Shown in pieces: positions 1-10,292 of a stretch of DNA of 64,000 nt. Source of the DNA: Candidatus Aldehydirespiratoraceae bacterium (GTDB taxonomy: Bacteria > Actinomycetota > Acidimicrobiia > Acidimicrobiales > Aldehydirespiratoraceae); assembly GCA_965204595.1 (NCBI GenBank), contig CBDBEW010000014.1:498872-562871 (forward strand), given 5' to 3'. Each line of letters opens with the position of its first letter. Position 1 is the first letter of the stretch. Below the pieces are notes generated by a model. It ran no database searches and had not been told where the DNA came from. It saw nothing but the letters and a program-made list of their open reading frames with translations. The position numbers and the translations under genes were made by a program.

Positions 1-166
1 CCCCCTGTGCCCCACGATGTTCCAAGTTGCATAAAGCCACCAAAGCGGTTAGCACAATATCACGGCTCGCTTTGCCCGCCATGTCGCAAATAAATCCAAC
101 GCCACATGAATCGTGTTCGTTGCGCGGATGGTACAGACCTTGGTGTAGTGGTATTTGACGAAACAT
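1..166 (-). CDS. gltB: Glutamate synthase large subunit, 5' end (partial, runs off window)
   Basis: Not in the ORF track. Manual translation from ATG at 166 gives [55 protein letters not shown], containing the GltB propeptide/EHDxCGVG and L-x-HRGA motifs. Confidence 0.93.
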   Translation of the reverse strand, partial: MFRQIPLHQGLYHPRNEHDSCGVGFICDMAGKASRDIVLTALVALCNLEHRGAQG

Positions 167-254
167 ACACATTTTAAATGAAGCAGATAACTAATTCTAT
201 GAATACAAAACTCCAGCCGAAGCTGAGACTAACCTTGTTTCGCTGGCCAAACCA

Positions 255-1844
255 TTAAGCATAACCGCCAAATGGTAATTTTTGACGCACAAAGTGGTAT
301 GGCACCACAAACATCAATAGCATTGGGAATATCTCCAAACGTCCGACCAACATGTAAGCCGCTAGAAATAATTGCGACGGCAAACTAAACGTCTCTGCAA
401 ACGAAGCAGATGGACCTGCTTCACCAAGCGCAGGACCCATATTGCCAAGCACAGACATGGTTGTACCAACCGCAGTCTTGAGATCGCTGCCTAGCATAGC
501 TAAAACCATCACTCCCGCGCACACAAGCAGCACATAAACCAAAAAAAACCCCGCCATGCGAGTCACAATATCTTCGCGAACCGCAACTCCCCCGTGCTTC
601 ACAGTTATCACTGCGTGTGGTTGTTGCGCGCGGCGCACCGAACGAATCACATGACTTGCTAAGACCCTCAAACGAATAATCTTGATACCGCCTGTGGTCG
701 AACCCGAAGAAGCACCAACAACAAACAAAAATAGTATCACCAGCTGAGCAACCGGTGGCCATAAAACGTAGTTGCCAAATGATGCAACTCCAATGCCGAT
801 GCTATAGCCAGTACTCGTGCCCAATGAAACCACATAGAATACGCCAGCTCGCATTGCCTCGACACCTGTCCAAGTGTCGCAGAACCACAACACCACAATC
901 ACAAAAGATGTAGCAACAGCGATGATTGCCACGAAGGCTCTAAACTCGCTGTCACGCCAATATGCTCCCATATCGCCACTAAAAACTCTCCAATGCAAAG
1001 CAAAGTTGATGCCACCAAAGAGCATTCCCACTATTACCACCACTTCAACCGCTGAGCTGTTGAAATGCCCAATCGAGGATTCATAGGGTGAAAAGCCACC
1101 AGTTGCGGCGGTAGTCAAAGCATGTGCAACGCTATCATAAAGGCTAGGCCCCGGCACCATAAAATAAAGTCCCACCATTGTAAGAGTGAACACAACATAT
1201 ATCAGCCAAAGCCGACGGGCAGTTTGGGAAATACGCGGAGCCAAGCGATCTGAAGTTGGTCCGGGTGCCTCCGCGGTTATGAGATCAAGTCCACCAACGC
1301 CGAGATAAGGCAACACCGTAACTGCTAACACCACAATACCCATACCCCCATACCATTGGCTCAGTTGCCTATACATCAACAGACCTCGGCCTGGCCGTTC
1401 AAAATCAACTAAGACTGTAGAACCAGTGGTTGAATAGCCTGAAGCTGATTCAAATATCGCATTCACAAGTTGTTCTACAAATCCAACACCAGAAGTCGCG
1501 AATGTGCCAGCTAGCAGATAAGGGATGCCACCAAACAAAACTATCGTAATCCAGGTCCATCCGACCGCAGCGAAAACCTCGCGGGCTCTAGTCGAGCCAA
1601 CACGAGTGCGCCACCACAACATTGAGCCCAATCCCCCTGAAAGTAACGCTCCAAATGCTAAAGCACCACTATCTCGCCTAGTTGAAAGCAACTCAATCAA
1701 AGCACAAACCAACATACCGGAAGCGATAAAAACTAGAGCCAAACCCATAACATGCAAAGCTGTGTTGGGGCGACCAACGGGCCTATTTCGTAACCTTGTG
1801 GACCGACGCGATTGAACAAGCCGTGTGAAGTTCAAACCTCTCAT
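255..1844 (-). CDS. trkH: TrkH family K+ uptake membrane subunit (canonical copy)
   Basis: Four P-loop motifs (SGYSTTG, ATGGFS, TSTGYS, GNMGPALG), QWYGGMG, GSTTGGIK and GRLE; multi-TM. Confidence 0.95.
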   Translation of the reverse strand: MRGLNFTRLVQSRRSTRLRNRPVGRPNTALHVMGLALVFIASGMLVCALIELLSTRRDSGALAFGALLSGGLGSMLWWRTRVGSTRAREVFAAVGWTWITIVLFGGIPYLLAGTFATSGVGFVEQLVNAIFESASGYSTTGSTVLVDFERPGRGLLMYRQLSQWYGGMGIVVLAVTVLPYLGVGGLDLITAEAPGPTSDRLAPRISQTARRLWLIYVVFTLTMVGLYFMVPGPSLYDSVAHALTTAATGGFSPYESSIGHFNSSAVEVVVIVGMLFGGINFALHWRVFSGDMGAYWRDSEFRAFVAIIAVATSFVIVVLWFCDTWTGVEAMRAGVFYVVSLGTSTGYSIGIGVASFGNYVLWPPVAQLVILFLFVVGASSGSTTGGIKIIRLRVLASHVIRSVRRAQQPHAVITVKHGGVAVREDIVTRMAGFFLVYVLLVCAGVMVLAMLGSDLKTAVGTTMSVLGNMGPALGEAGPSASFAETFSLPSQLFLAAYMLVGRLEIFPMLLMFVVPYHFVRQKLPFGGYA

Positions 1845-3388
1845 GTTGGTTCCGTTGTTTGCTGTTCAGTCAAGCCCCAATCCCTACTAGAGGATTGTCT
1901 CGTAACTCTGCGACGCAAAAAACCCCTAACTGATTTGTTGCAATTCACCACCCAAACGATTACTAGCATTAGTGGCACCAAAGACAGGTGTCCCAACAAC
2001 ATAAGTGGCACTAAAGCCACCCGAATTAATTGACTAAAGTTGCTGAGATCTCCAAATGCTCCTATCCCAACACCCGGTCCATGAGTAGATAAAACCGAGA
2101 TTCCCGTATAGATCGCGTCTAGCCAATCCAAACCAGCTGATGCTAAAACAAATGCAGCAATGAAACAAATTCCTATATGCGCGATCTGAAAGCCAGATAT
2201 TCTTTCAAGTGCTCGCTCATCAACGACACGCCCACCACTCTTCAAAAGAATCACCGCGCTGTAATTGAGTTGCCGTCGTAACTCGCGGCGTGCAAATGCC
2301 ACTAAAATGCGCGCCCGATTTATGGTTAGCCCACCTGCTGGGGAGCCGATCATGGCACCCGTGGCTATCAGCACCAACAACAATGCACTAACGGCAGTAT
2401 TGTCGGTTGTCCAATCAAGCAAAGTGAATCCTGTGGTGCTCAACGCAGATGCCGCCGTGAACAGTGCTTCATACCATGCCAGCGTGTTGCTAGCTAGCCA
2501 AACCCAAAGAGCACCGAGAAGCAATAACGCCGCGTAAACTCTTAGCTCCACACTATGTAACAGTGGTTTGACACGTCCACGGATAGCCCAAAAGATCACT
2601 GCATATCCTGTACCAGCAACAGCCATTGCTAAGGTGGACACAATAATTGATGAAAAACCAAAGCTCGCAAACGAGTCGACTGCTGTGGAAAAACCTCCGG
2701 TTGAAACGGTTGTAAGTGCGAAAACCAAACTGTTTTCCACACCCATTTGAGTCGCCCCGTAAGCAGCAAAGAAAACCACGGTGAGCGCGCTATAGATAGC
2801 TAATACTTGGCGCGTCCTAGTTTTCTTACTACGCGCGAATTCGTCGTTGATTATCCATTCGGCGGGAGCGAAACACCATCTTTGCAAGGCAATCGGCAAG
2901 ACCACCACGCCCGCGATTAGTCCTAGCAAGCCGCCAAGCCATTGAGTTGCGGCTCGCCACAAGGTCATTGTTAAAGTCAGTTCAGTAACATTTAGTGTGC
3001 TTACCGCAGTAGTGCTAAAACCAGCCGCTGATTCCACCAAAGCGTTATCAATGCGGTCAATGGTGCCACTAAATAGGTAGATCACCGCACTGTATCCCAC
3101 CAAGGTTAACCAACTAGCAGTTAAGGAGGAGAGAACAGTGGCTGTGGTTGGACGCTGTTGTTTGACAAAGTTGGCTCGCAACAAGAGAGCAAATACGAGC
3201 GCGCAAAACGAAGCCACAGCCAAGACCACGCTGTCCCCGATGTCGTCAAACATTCCTAGCAACGCACACAACCCGCTAACTAAGCCTGCACCAACTATTG
3301 TGTCGCTGATGGCCAAAACAAAATAAGATTCTTTGCGGTTTTCACGCAAAGCAAGTCCCAACATATTTGGCAGTGTCGGACGGGTCAC
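1841..3388 (-). CDS. Divergent TrkH family membrane subunit (second paralog)
   Basis: TrkH architecture (QWLGG, STGGFS, STTGF, STHGPG), but the first P-loop is GFSTTA and GRLE is replaced by GHLS. It has 4-nt overlaps with both neighbours. Confidence 0.88.
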   Translation of the reverse strand: MTRPTLPNMLGLALRENRKESYFVLAISDTIVGAGLVSGLCALLGMFDDIGDSVVLAVASFCALVFALLLRANFVKQQRPTTATVLSSLTASWLTLVGYSAVIYLFSGTIDRIDNALVESAAGFSTTAVSTLNVTELTLTMTLWRAATQWLGGLLGLIAGVVVLPIALQRWCFAPAEWIINDEFARSKKTRTRQVLAIYSALTVVFFAAYGATQMGVENSLVFALTTVSTGGFSTAVDSFASFGFSSIIVSTLAMAVAGTGYAVIFWAIRGRVKPLLHSVELRVYAALLLLGALWVWLASNTLAWYEALFTAASALSTTGFTLLDWTTDNTAVSALLLVLIATGAMIGSPAGGLTINRARILVAFARRELRRQLNYSAVILLKSGGRVVDERALERISGFQIAHIGICFIAAFVLASAGLDWLDAIYTGISVLSTHGPGVGIGAFGDLSNFSQLIRVALVPLMLLGHLSLVPLMLVIVWVVNCNKSVRGFLRRRVTRQSSSRDWGLTEQQTTEPT

Positions 3389-4728
3389 CCGAATACTCGC
3401 CGTACCTCATCAACAGCAGAAGGCACAGCAAAAGCGACGATATGGTCATGCCCTCGTAATCGCGAACGTCCCCTACCTATCTGAGCTTTACCGTCACGCA
3501 CGAAAGCTCCGATTAACACATCTTTGGGTAAGCCCAAGTCTTTAATGCGAGCACCGTCTGCCAAACTATCAATTGCAACCTCTAGTTCTAACACCTCCGC
3601 ATCACCTTGCAAAAACGTTTCAACCGCAGTTACATCACCCCTTACGAATCGCAAAACCCCATTCGCTGTGGCCGTTCGTGGCGACAATGCCACATCAATA
3701 CCAACATCGCCTAACAACTTTAGCAAGGCCAAGCGGTGTACCACCGCCACCGACTCACTTGCCCCCTGCGACTTAGCATAAAGACACGCCAAAATATTGG
3801 CATCATCTTCGCCTGTCAATGCCACAACCATATCCGCTTGGCCTACTTCTACTTCGTCGAGAAAGTCGGCATCGGTGATATCGCCTTGGTGAATCATCGC
3901 TTCATCTAGTTGTTCAGCTAGTGCTAGCGCGCGCGCCGTTGACCTTTCAACGATTTTTACTGAGACACCTCGATCCCAAAGCCGTTTTGCCAATATGGCG
4001 GCAGTTCTTCCGCCACCTAGCAACATCACTTTGCGTAGCTTGGAACGTTTTAGTCCAAGCATCTCAAAGACTAATCTTTGGGCTCGCTTTTTTAGCACCA
4101 CCCGTAGATGATCGCCTGCCTCCAAGTAATGGTTGTGGCGAGGGATAATAGTTTCTCCAGCACGCCCGATAGAACCCACCACAAAATCCCAATCAGGCTC
4201 TAATTCTTCACCGACTTCTTTAAGCGAACGACCCACCAAAGGCGCGTCTGGAGCCAGCCGCGCACCTATAACTAATACTTCTCCACCAGCCATCTTTGCC
4301 ACTTCGTCGGTACCGGGAAAGTCAAGTAGTTCCAATACATCCTCGGCTGCTTCAGAATCAGGATCAATTACCAAATCTACTTCAGCTTTGCGACGAAGTT
4401 CCAAGGCATCTTTACCGCGCAACTCAGGAGCCTCAATGCGGACAACAGTGCGTTTTACCCCAAGTAGTTTCGCTAACTGTGAACTCAAAAGGTTAACAGC
4501 ATCGTCTTTGGTGACCGACACCACCAGATCAGCATCTGCCACACGAGCTTTCCGCAACGTCTCAGGATGCGTGCCACTTCCCTCGACAACAAGCACATCA
4601 AGGTCATCATCAATTTGACGGAGGCGTTCAGGGTTTAGGTCGATGATTGCAACATCGTGACCTTCACGACTGAGACGATCAGCTACGTAGGTGCCGACCT
4701 CACCAGCTCCAACCACAATCACATGCAT
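3385..4728 (-). CDS. trkA: Trk system NAD-binding regulatory subunit TrkA (two RCK repeats)
   Basis: GAGEVG and GGGRTA Rossmann motifs, 447 aa, adjacent to the trkH genes. Confidence 0.95.
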   Translation of the reverse strand: MHVIVVGAGEVGTYVADRLSREGHDVAIIDLNPERLRQIDDDLDVLVVEGSGTHPETLRKARVADADLVVSVTKDDAVNLLSSQLAKLLGVKRTVVRIEAPELRGKDALELRRKAEVDLVIDPDSEAAEDVLELLDFPGTDEVAKMAGGEVLVIGARLAPDAPLVGRSLKEVGEELEPDWDFVVGSIGRAGETIIPRHNHYLEAGDHLRVVLKKRAQRLVFEMLGLKRSKLRKVMLLGGGRTAAILAKRLWDRGVSVKIVERSTARALALAEQLDEAMIHQGDITDADFLDEVEVGQADMVVALTGEDDANILACLYAKSQGASESVAVVHRLALLKLLGDVGIDVALSPRTATANGVLRFVRGDVTAVETFLQGDAEVLELEVAIDSLADGARIKDLGLPKDVLIGAFVRDGKAQIGRGRSRLRGHDHIVAFAVPSAVDEVRRVFG

Positions 4729-4746
4729 GGCTAATGATTACTCCTA

Positions 4747-5382
4747 TTAGGGTCGACAAGCAAGGTTATCAACTAATCTTTTCTGGGTGCCGAAATAGAA
4801 CACTTTAGTGTTTGTCACCAGCGAATCTAAAGCAAAATCAGTTGGCTCACACGGCACCTGCTCAACCTCTTGAAAGTCATAGGCAATCCCAATAATGTGT
4901 GGCCGCTCGGCAGCTAAGTGACCAAAGCTGCGGTCATAAAAGCCCTTTCCTTGACCAAGCCGGCTGCCGTTTTTATCAAACGCCACCAACGGTGTTAGTA
5001 CCACATCGTGGAGTGCGAGGTCTTTGACCTCACCTTCAACGGGTTCACTAATGCCGAACGCTCCTTGCCGTTCAACTGAAGCGGGTTGCCAAGGAACGAA
5101 TTCCAAGTCATTGCCTTTAACTCTTGGCACCGTCACCGTCACTCCCCTCGCAAGCAACTGCACAAGTACACTATAGAGATCTATTTCTCCCGCAAACGAG
5201 CGATAAGCAGCAACCAACTGAGCGTCGCGCACGACCTCTAACTCACCAAGTCGGCTACAAACTGCCGCGCTCGCTGTAGCTTGCTGTTGTGTAGTGAGTT
5301 CCGCGCGCCGCCGCCGCAGAAGTTCTCGGATTTCTTGCTTTTGCAAAGCAATGCTTGCAACTGCACTCATCTCGTCATTCAC
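4747..5382 (-). CDS. 5-formyltetrahydrofolate cyclo-ligase
   Basis: PLVAFD..G.RLGQGKGFYDR signature and N-terminal KxxIR. Confidence 0.93.
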   Translation of the reverse strand: MNDEMSAVASIALQKQEIRELLRRRRAELTTQQQATASAAVCSRLGELEVVRDAQLVAAYRSFAGEIDLYSVLVQLLARGVTVTVPRVKGNDLEFVPWQPASVERQGAFGISEPVEGEVKDLALHDVVLTPLVAFDKNGSRLGQGKGFYDRSFGHLAAERPHIIGIAYDFQEVEQVPCEPTDFALDSLVTNTKVFYFGTQKRLVDNLACRP

Positions 5383-5397
5383 AAAGTCTCCTATGAG

Positions 5398-7482
5398 TTA
5401 GACGAAGGCACTCGAAAAAACCAATGAAACGATGGTCATGACCTTCAACAAGATGTTCATGGCTGGACCGGAGGTGTCTTTGAAGGGATCACCAATGGTG
5501 TCTCCCACGACTGCAGCTTTATGTGGTTCACCACCTTTGCCACCAAACGCGCCAGCTTCAATGTACTTTTTGGCGTTGTCCCAAGCACCACCTGCGTTCG
5601 CCATAAATATCGCTAAAGCAAAACCAGTAACCAGCGCACCCGCAAGCAAGCCACCAAGCGCATCCACATCGATAAATCCAGTTATCAAAGGTACAACAAC
5701 AGCCAGAGCACCTGGCACGACCATTTGCTTCAATGAGGCATCTGTTGAAATCTGCACGCAACGCGCAGAGTCGGGGACGACACCTTCACGTCCTTCGCGC
5801 AGCCCAGGTATTTCGCGAAACTGACGGCGTACCTCTTCAATCATGGTTGCTGCCGCTCGCCCCACAGCATCAATAGTTAATGCCGCAAACAAAAACGGAA
5901 GTCCCGCCCCCAAGAACAAGCCGATAAACACATCAACCTCACCAACATTGAGGCTAAGTGAAGCTCCATCTTGTGCCACCGCAAATTCGAAGCTTTTAAA
6001 CAGAGCTAAGGCAGTCAAGGCCGCGGAACCCACCGCGAAACCTTTAGCGATAGCAGCGGTAGTGTTGCCAAGTGAATCAAGGGCATCAGTTACTTCTCGA
6101 ACCGAAGGGTCAAGTTCAGCCATTTCAGCGATACCACCAGCGTTATCGGCTATTGGACCATAAGCATCCACCGACACCACCACTCCGGTCGTGGCGAGCA
6201 TACCAATCGCGGCTACTGCAATACCATAAATGCCGCCATCATCACCCAAAGTCGCAATGCCGCCCCAGTATGCAACAGCCACACCAACCAACACCAACAC
6301 CACTGACGATGCCACCGATATCATGCCCGCGCTTATTCCTGAAAGAACGGTGGTAGCAGGGCCGGTTTCTGATTGTGCGGCAATGCGCTTCACCGGGCCA
6401 TAATGGTCAGAGGTGTAGTATTCAGCGGTTTTACCTAATGCCCAGCCAACCAACAAACCACCAATAACCGAGATAGCTAAACCATACGGTGCGTCGTAGC
6501 GATCACCACCAAACATCCAATAGGCAACCCCAAATGTGGCCACCACAGTTATGCCCATTGCTAGATTTGTGCCTCGGTGTAAAGCGCGGCTCAATGCTTT
6601 GCTATCGGTACTATTTCCGCCCCTAACAAAGAAAGAGCCAATTATTGATGCCACCATTCCCACAAAGGCAATGGCCATCGGGAACACAAAACGAGCAATA
6701 TTTTCATCTAAGCCAGCTTCTGCTGCGGTTAAGCCGCCTGCAACTGAGAATGCTGTGAGCGCAACGGGAGCAATGATTGAACCAACATAGCTTTCAAACA
6801 AGTCGGCACCCATCCCCGCCACATCTCCCACATTGTCGCCAACACTATCGGCGATGCTTGCTGGATTGCGCGGGTCGTCTTCGGGTATGCCAGCTTCAAC
6901 TTTGCCTACCAAATCAGCACCCACATCAGCAGCTTTGGTAAATATGCCGCCCCCCACTCTAGAGAAAAGAGCGATTGAGGAAGCACCTAAGCCATAGGCG
7001 GTAACCACTTCAAAAGCGTTTTTTATTTCTAGCCATTCCACGAAAAGTAAGTAGGTGAACATTAGTCCGAGAAGTGCTAAACCAGCGACTGAAAAGCCCA
7101 TCACCGCGCCACCACGAAATGCCACTGGCAACGCTACGGCGGGTCCGCCTCTAGCTGCCTCGGTGGTGCGGGCGTTAGCCATTGTGGCTACCGTCATGCC
7201 GGCATATCCTGCGCTAGCAGAAAGTACCGCACCTATCACATAACTCAGCGATGCCAAGGGATCAATAACAATGCCCAACAAGATGATCATTGCTAAAACA
7301 AACACTGAAACCCATCTGTATTCTTGTTTCAAGAAAGCACGAGCACCTTTTTGAATTTCTTGCATCAAAAACACCATCCGCTCGTTGCCTGGGTTTGCCG
7401 CTTGAACTGACTTATAGTAGAAACCTGCAAGTACTAGCCCAGCGATAGCTGAGATCATTGCAAGATATGGAACGCTGCTCAC
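5398..7482 (-). CDS. hppA: Membrane-integral pyrophosphatase, K+-stimulated, probably Na+-translocating
   Basis: GGGIFTKAADVGADLVGKVE, EDDPRNP and GDTIGDPFKDTSGP motifs. GNTTAA indicates the K+-dependent type, and ADLFESY places the gate Glu at the Na+-PPase position. Confidence 0.95.
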   Translation of the reverse strand: MSSVPYLAMISAIAGLVLAGFYYKSVQAANPGNERMVFLMQEIQKGARAFLKQEYRWVSVFVLAMIILLGIVIDPLASLSYVIGAVLSASAGYAGMTVATMANARTTEAARGGPAVALPVAFRGGAVMGFSVAGLALLGLMFTYLLFVEWLEIKNAFEVVTAYGLGASSIALFSRVGGGIFTKAADVGADLVGKVEAGIPEDDPRNPASIADSVGDNVGDVAGMGADLFESYVGSIIAPVALTAFSVAGGLTAAEAGLDENIARFVFPMAIAFVGMVASIIGSFFVRGGNSTDSKALSRALHRGTNLAMGITVVATFGVAYWMFGGDRYDAPYGLAISVIGGLLVGWALGKTAEYYTSDHYGPVKRIAAQSETGPATTVLSGISAGMISVASSVVLVLVGVAVAYWGGIATLGDDGGIYGIAVAAIGMLATTGVVVSVDAYGPIADNAGGIAEMAELDPSVREVTDALDSLGNTTAAIAKGFAVGSAALTALALFKSFEFAVAQDGASLSLNVGEVDVFIGLFLGAGLPFLFAALTIDAVGRAAATMIEEVRRQFREIPGLREGREGVVPDSARCVQISTDASLKQMVVPGALAVVVPLITGFIDVDALGGLLAGALVTGFALAIFMANAGGAWDNAKKYIEAGAFGGKGGEPHKAAVVGDTIGDPFKDTSGPAMNILLKVMTIVSLVFSSAFV

Positions 7483-7584
7483 GTATGCTCCTCTTTAATG
7501 GACTGAAACGCTGTGGTTTCAAGTTGACCGAATAACGCTACCGAAGTTTGCTCAGGTTAACAAGTGTCTTTTTGATGGTTTACT

Positions 7585-8445
7585 TTAATTTGATTTGCTA
7601 GTTGGTCCTAACTGCGCTAACACTTTGGCGGCCATGCGGTGACCAGCGTGGCTCGCTGAAACCGGGTCGGCACCACTGCGCATACTCGCTAAGAACCCGG
7701 CGATAAAGCCATCGCCAACTCCGCTTCGGTCCCTGATTTCGGTTACCTCAGGAACACTCACCGATTCGGGTCCGGTAGCTTTTCGTAATACTAACGTGGG
7801 TTGGGCACCGTTAGTAACGATAGTCGCGCCCGCACCGGCAATATTTTGCCCTTCTGTTAACCCCAATAAACGATGTTCGCGACGGTTCATAATGACCGCT
7901 GTTGGTTTAGCCACCAATATCAACTCCAAGAAGGGTTCGATGCCGAGGTCTATCCGGTCGACATCACTTGGCCCGCCGATAAAGATGTCTAGGCGTTTAC
8001 TGCGAGCTTCGCCCAAAAGACGGTCGACAGCAGCTGCCATCGGGTCGGCTACGAACGCGCTAGCGGCGAGATAAAGTTGCGTGGCATTGTCTAACACCGC
8101 TGACTCGACTGCAAAAAGGTGTTTGGAGGTGCCCCGGTCTGTTAGCAGAGTGCGTCCACTGCGACCAATCATAGTAACGACAACACCTGTGGCACCTTCG
8201 TGTTGGACTGCTAGTTCAACACCGCGACGAGCTAGGTCTTCGCTTAAAGTTTTGCCTAAGGTATCATCACCCACCTGCCCCACGAATCGTGGTTTGCCGC
8301 CTCCTTCGGCATCTAATGCCGCCACATTAGCAGCACTGCCGCCTCTAACTCGGGCACTGCGAATTTTGTTGTTTTGTCCTTGAGTAGGAACGCTTGGTAA
8401 GACAACCAAGATGTTTTCTAAGAGATCACCAACACAAACGAGCAC
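7585..8445 (-). CDS. PfkB/ribokinase family carbohydrate kinase
   Basis: GGSAANVA, VGDD.LG and D.SGVGDGF motifs; GTG start 6 nt after TAGCTT. Confidence 0.88.
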   Translation of the reverse strand: MLVCVGDLLENILVVLPSVPTQGQNNKIRSARVRGGSAANVAALDAEGGGKPRFVGQVGDDTLGKTLSEDLARRGVELAVQHEGATGVVVTMIGRSGRTLLTDRGTSKHLFAVESAVLDNATQLYLAASAFVADPMAAAVDRLLGEARSKRLDIFIGGPSDVDRIDLGIEPFLELILVAKPTAVIMNRREHRLLGLTEGQNIAGAGATIVTNGAQPTLVLRKATGPESVSVPEVTEIRDRSGVGDGFIAGFLASMRSGADPVSASHAGHRMAAKVLAQLGPTSKSN

Positions 8446-8580
8446 ACCTCCAAGCTACTGTGTTTGCATGCAAGTTTGGTGACCACAAGTGCCCATATTG
8501 GGTTGTGGTGCAGCAGTGCTTTTGTGTGAAACAATTGAAGCTAACCTTAGGTGTTCAAATGTTCGTGCTTGGGAGAGCAG

Positions 8581-9525
8581 ATGGAAACCGCAGAACCCGC
8601 GTCAACGTCAAGTAATAATGCTGTTGTGTCAGACATTTTTGATCCCCAAAAGTGGAGTTTGGTAGCTGGCTTTGAGCATTTATCTGATGTCACCTATCAT
8701 CGTGCTGAGCAAGGTGGCACAGTGAGAATTGCCTTTAATCGCCCAGAGGTTCGTAACGCATTTAGACCTAAAACTGTTGATGAACTCTACAGTTGCCTCG
8801 ATCATGCGCGCTCGACGGTTGATGTTGGTTGTGTATTGCTCACTGGCAATGGCCCCTCAGCAAAAGATGGCCGTTGGGCATTTTGTTCTGGTGGTGATCA
8901 AAGAATTAGAGGCAAAGCAGGGTATCAATACGCTACAGGTGATTCCGCCGATACTGTTGAAGCTAACCGCAGCGCGCGGTTACACATATTAGAGGTGCAA
9001 CGACTCATTCGCACCATGCCTAAGGTGGTGATCGCGGTGGTTTCTGGTTGGGCTGTGGGTGGCGGGCACAGCTTACATGTGGTTGCTGATCTCAGTTTAG
9101 CTAGTGAGGAACACGCCATCTTTAAACAAACCGACACAGCGGTGGCTAGTTTTGATGGTGGATTCGGTTCCGCTTACCTAGCGCGCCAAATAGGCCAAAA
9201 ACGAGCTCGCGAAGTTTTTTTTCTCGGAGATGATTATGACGCACAGCAGGCAATGGCATTGGGGATGGTAAACGCAGTTGTGCCACATCATCGTCTTGAG
9301 GTTGTGGCTCTCGAATGGGCTCACAAAATTAATAGCAAAAGCCCTACTGCTCAACGCATGGTTAAATTTGCGCTGAACCTCGTTGATGATGGACTTATGG
9401 GGCAACAAGTGTTTGCCGGTGAAGCGACCCGCCTGGCCTACATGACCGCAGAAGCTACCGAAGGACGTGATGCCTTCTTAGAAAAACGAGAGCCTGACTG
9501 GTCTGATTTTCCTTGGCACTTTTAG
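8581..9525 (+). CDS. menB: 1,4-dihydroxy-2-naphthoyl-CoA synthase
   Basis: FNRPEVRNAFRP, FCSGGDQ, GGGHSLH, SFDGGFGS and EGRDAFLEKR. ATG at 8581 follows GGAGAG (ORF track starts at 8551). Confidence 0.96.
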   Translation: METAEPASTSSNNAVVSDIFDPQKWSLVAGFEHLSDVTYHRAEQGGTVRIAFNRPEVRNAFRPKTVDELYSCLDHARSTVDVGCVLLTGNGPSAKDGRWAFCSGGDQRIRGKAGYQYATGDSADTVEANRSARLHILEVQRLIRTMPKVVIAVVSGWAVGGGHSLHVVADLSLASEEHAIFKQTDTAVASFDGGFGSAYLARQIGQKRAREVFFLGDDYDAQQAMALGMVNAVVPHHRLEVVALEWAHKINSKSPTAQRMVKFALNLVDDGLMGQQVFAGEATRLAYMTAEATEGRDAFLEKREPDWSDFPWHF

Positions 9526-9538
9526 TTCTTTGAAACTT

Positions 9539-10210
9539 TTAGACATCGGGGATACGCCAATCAACAGCTTCAAGCCCCGCGGCAATTAATGCGGCGTTTG
9601 TTTTGCTAAAGGGTTTTGAACCAAAGAACCCCTTGCTAGCAGATAGCGGTGAAGGATGCGCGGATTCAACAATTGTGTGGGTGTCTTTGTTAATCAAAGC
9701 ACGTTTGCGGCGTGCCGTGGCACCCCACAACACAAAAACCACTTTTTGTTTTTTAGCATTTACACAACGGATGACTTCGTCAGTGAACCTCTCCCAGCCC
9801 TTATTTTGATGACTTGCGGCTTGCTGCGCCCTTACGGTCAAGGTGCTGTTAAGCAACAAGACTCCATTTTCAGCCCAAGCCACGAGGCTGCCATGATTCG
9901 GCCGTGTTATACCAAGGTCGTCTTCTAATTCCGTGAATATGTTGATCAGTGACGGTGGAACTGCTGTACCGGGACGCACGGAAAAACACAAGCCATGAGC
10001 TTGCTGCGGTCCGTGGTAGGGGTCTTGTCCTAACAGCAGCACTTTAACGTCTGCAAATGGTGTTAGATGCAAGGCTGCAAACACCTCATCATGGGTTGGG
10101 TAAACTTGATGTTGCAAACGTTCTTGCTGCACGAACGCCATCAGTTGCGCCCAATACGGTTTAGCAAACTCGTCGCGTAGCAGAGGATTCCAATCAGTCG
10201 TAGGTGACAT
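9539..10210 (-). CDS. ung: Uracil-DNA glycosylase (family 1)
   Basis: GQDPYHGP, GVLLLN and HPSPLS motifs. Confidence 0.97.
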   Translation of the reverse strand: MSPTTDWNPLLRDEFAKPYWAQLMAFVQQERLQHQVYPTHDEVFAALHLTPFADVKVLLLGQDPYHGPQQAHGLCFSVRPGTAVPPSLINIFTELEDDLGITRPNHGSLVAWAENGVLLLNSTLTVRAQQAASHQNKGWERFTDEVIRCVNAKKQKVVFVLWGATARRKRALINKDTHTIVESAHPSPLSASKGFFGSKPFSKTNAALIAAGLEAVDWRIPDV

Positions 10211-10292
10211 CCGCTAACTGTTCTAACCAAGACATCACCACTCATCATAGCCAACTAGTCGCCTTCTGAGTGTGTAACGCTAGCGTAAGCGC

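Noticed and set aside
5383-5397. 6S RNA upstream of the 5-formyl-THF cyclo-ligase gene (common ssrS-ygfA linkage)
   Set aside because: Only 15 nt separate it from hppA, leaving no room for an RNA gene.
7483-7584. Possible Na+ or c-di-AMP riboswitch ahead of the hppA-trk genes (small TGAAAC/GTTTCA hairpin)
   Set aside because: The leader is short and I could not match a riboswitch consensus by eye. An Infernal/Rfam scan would be needed.
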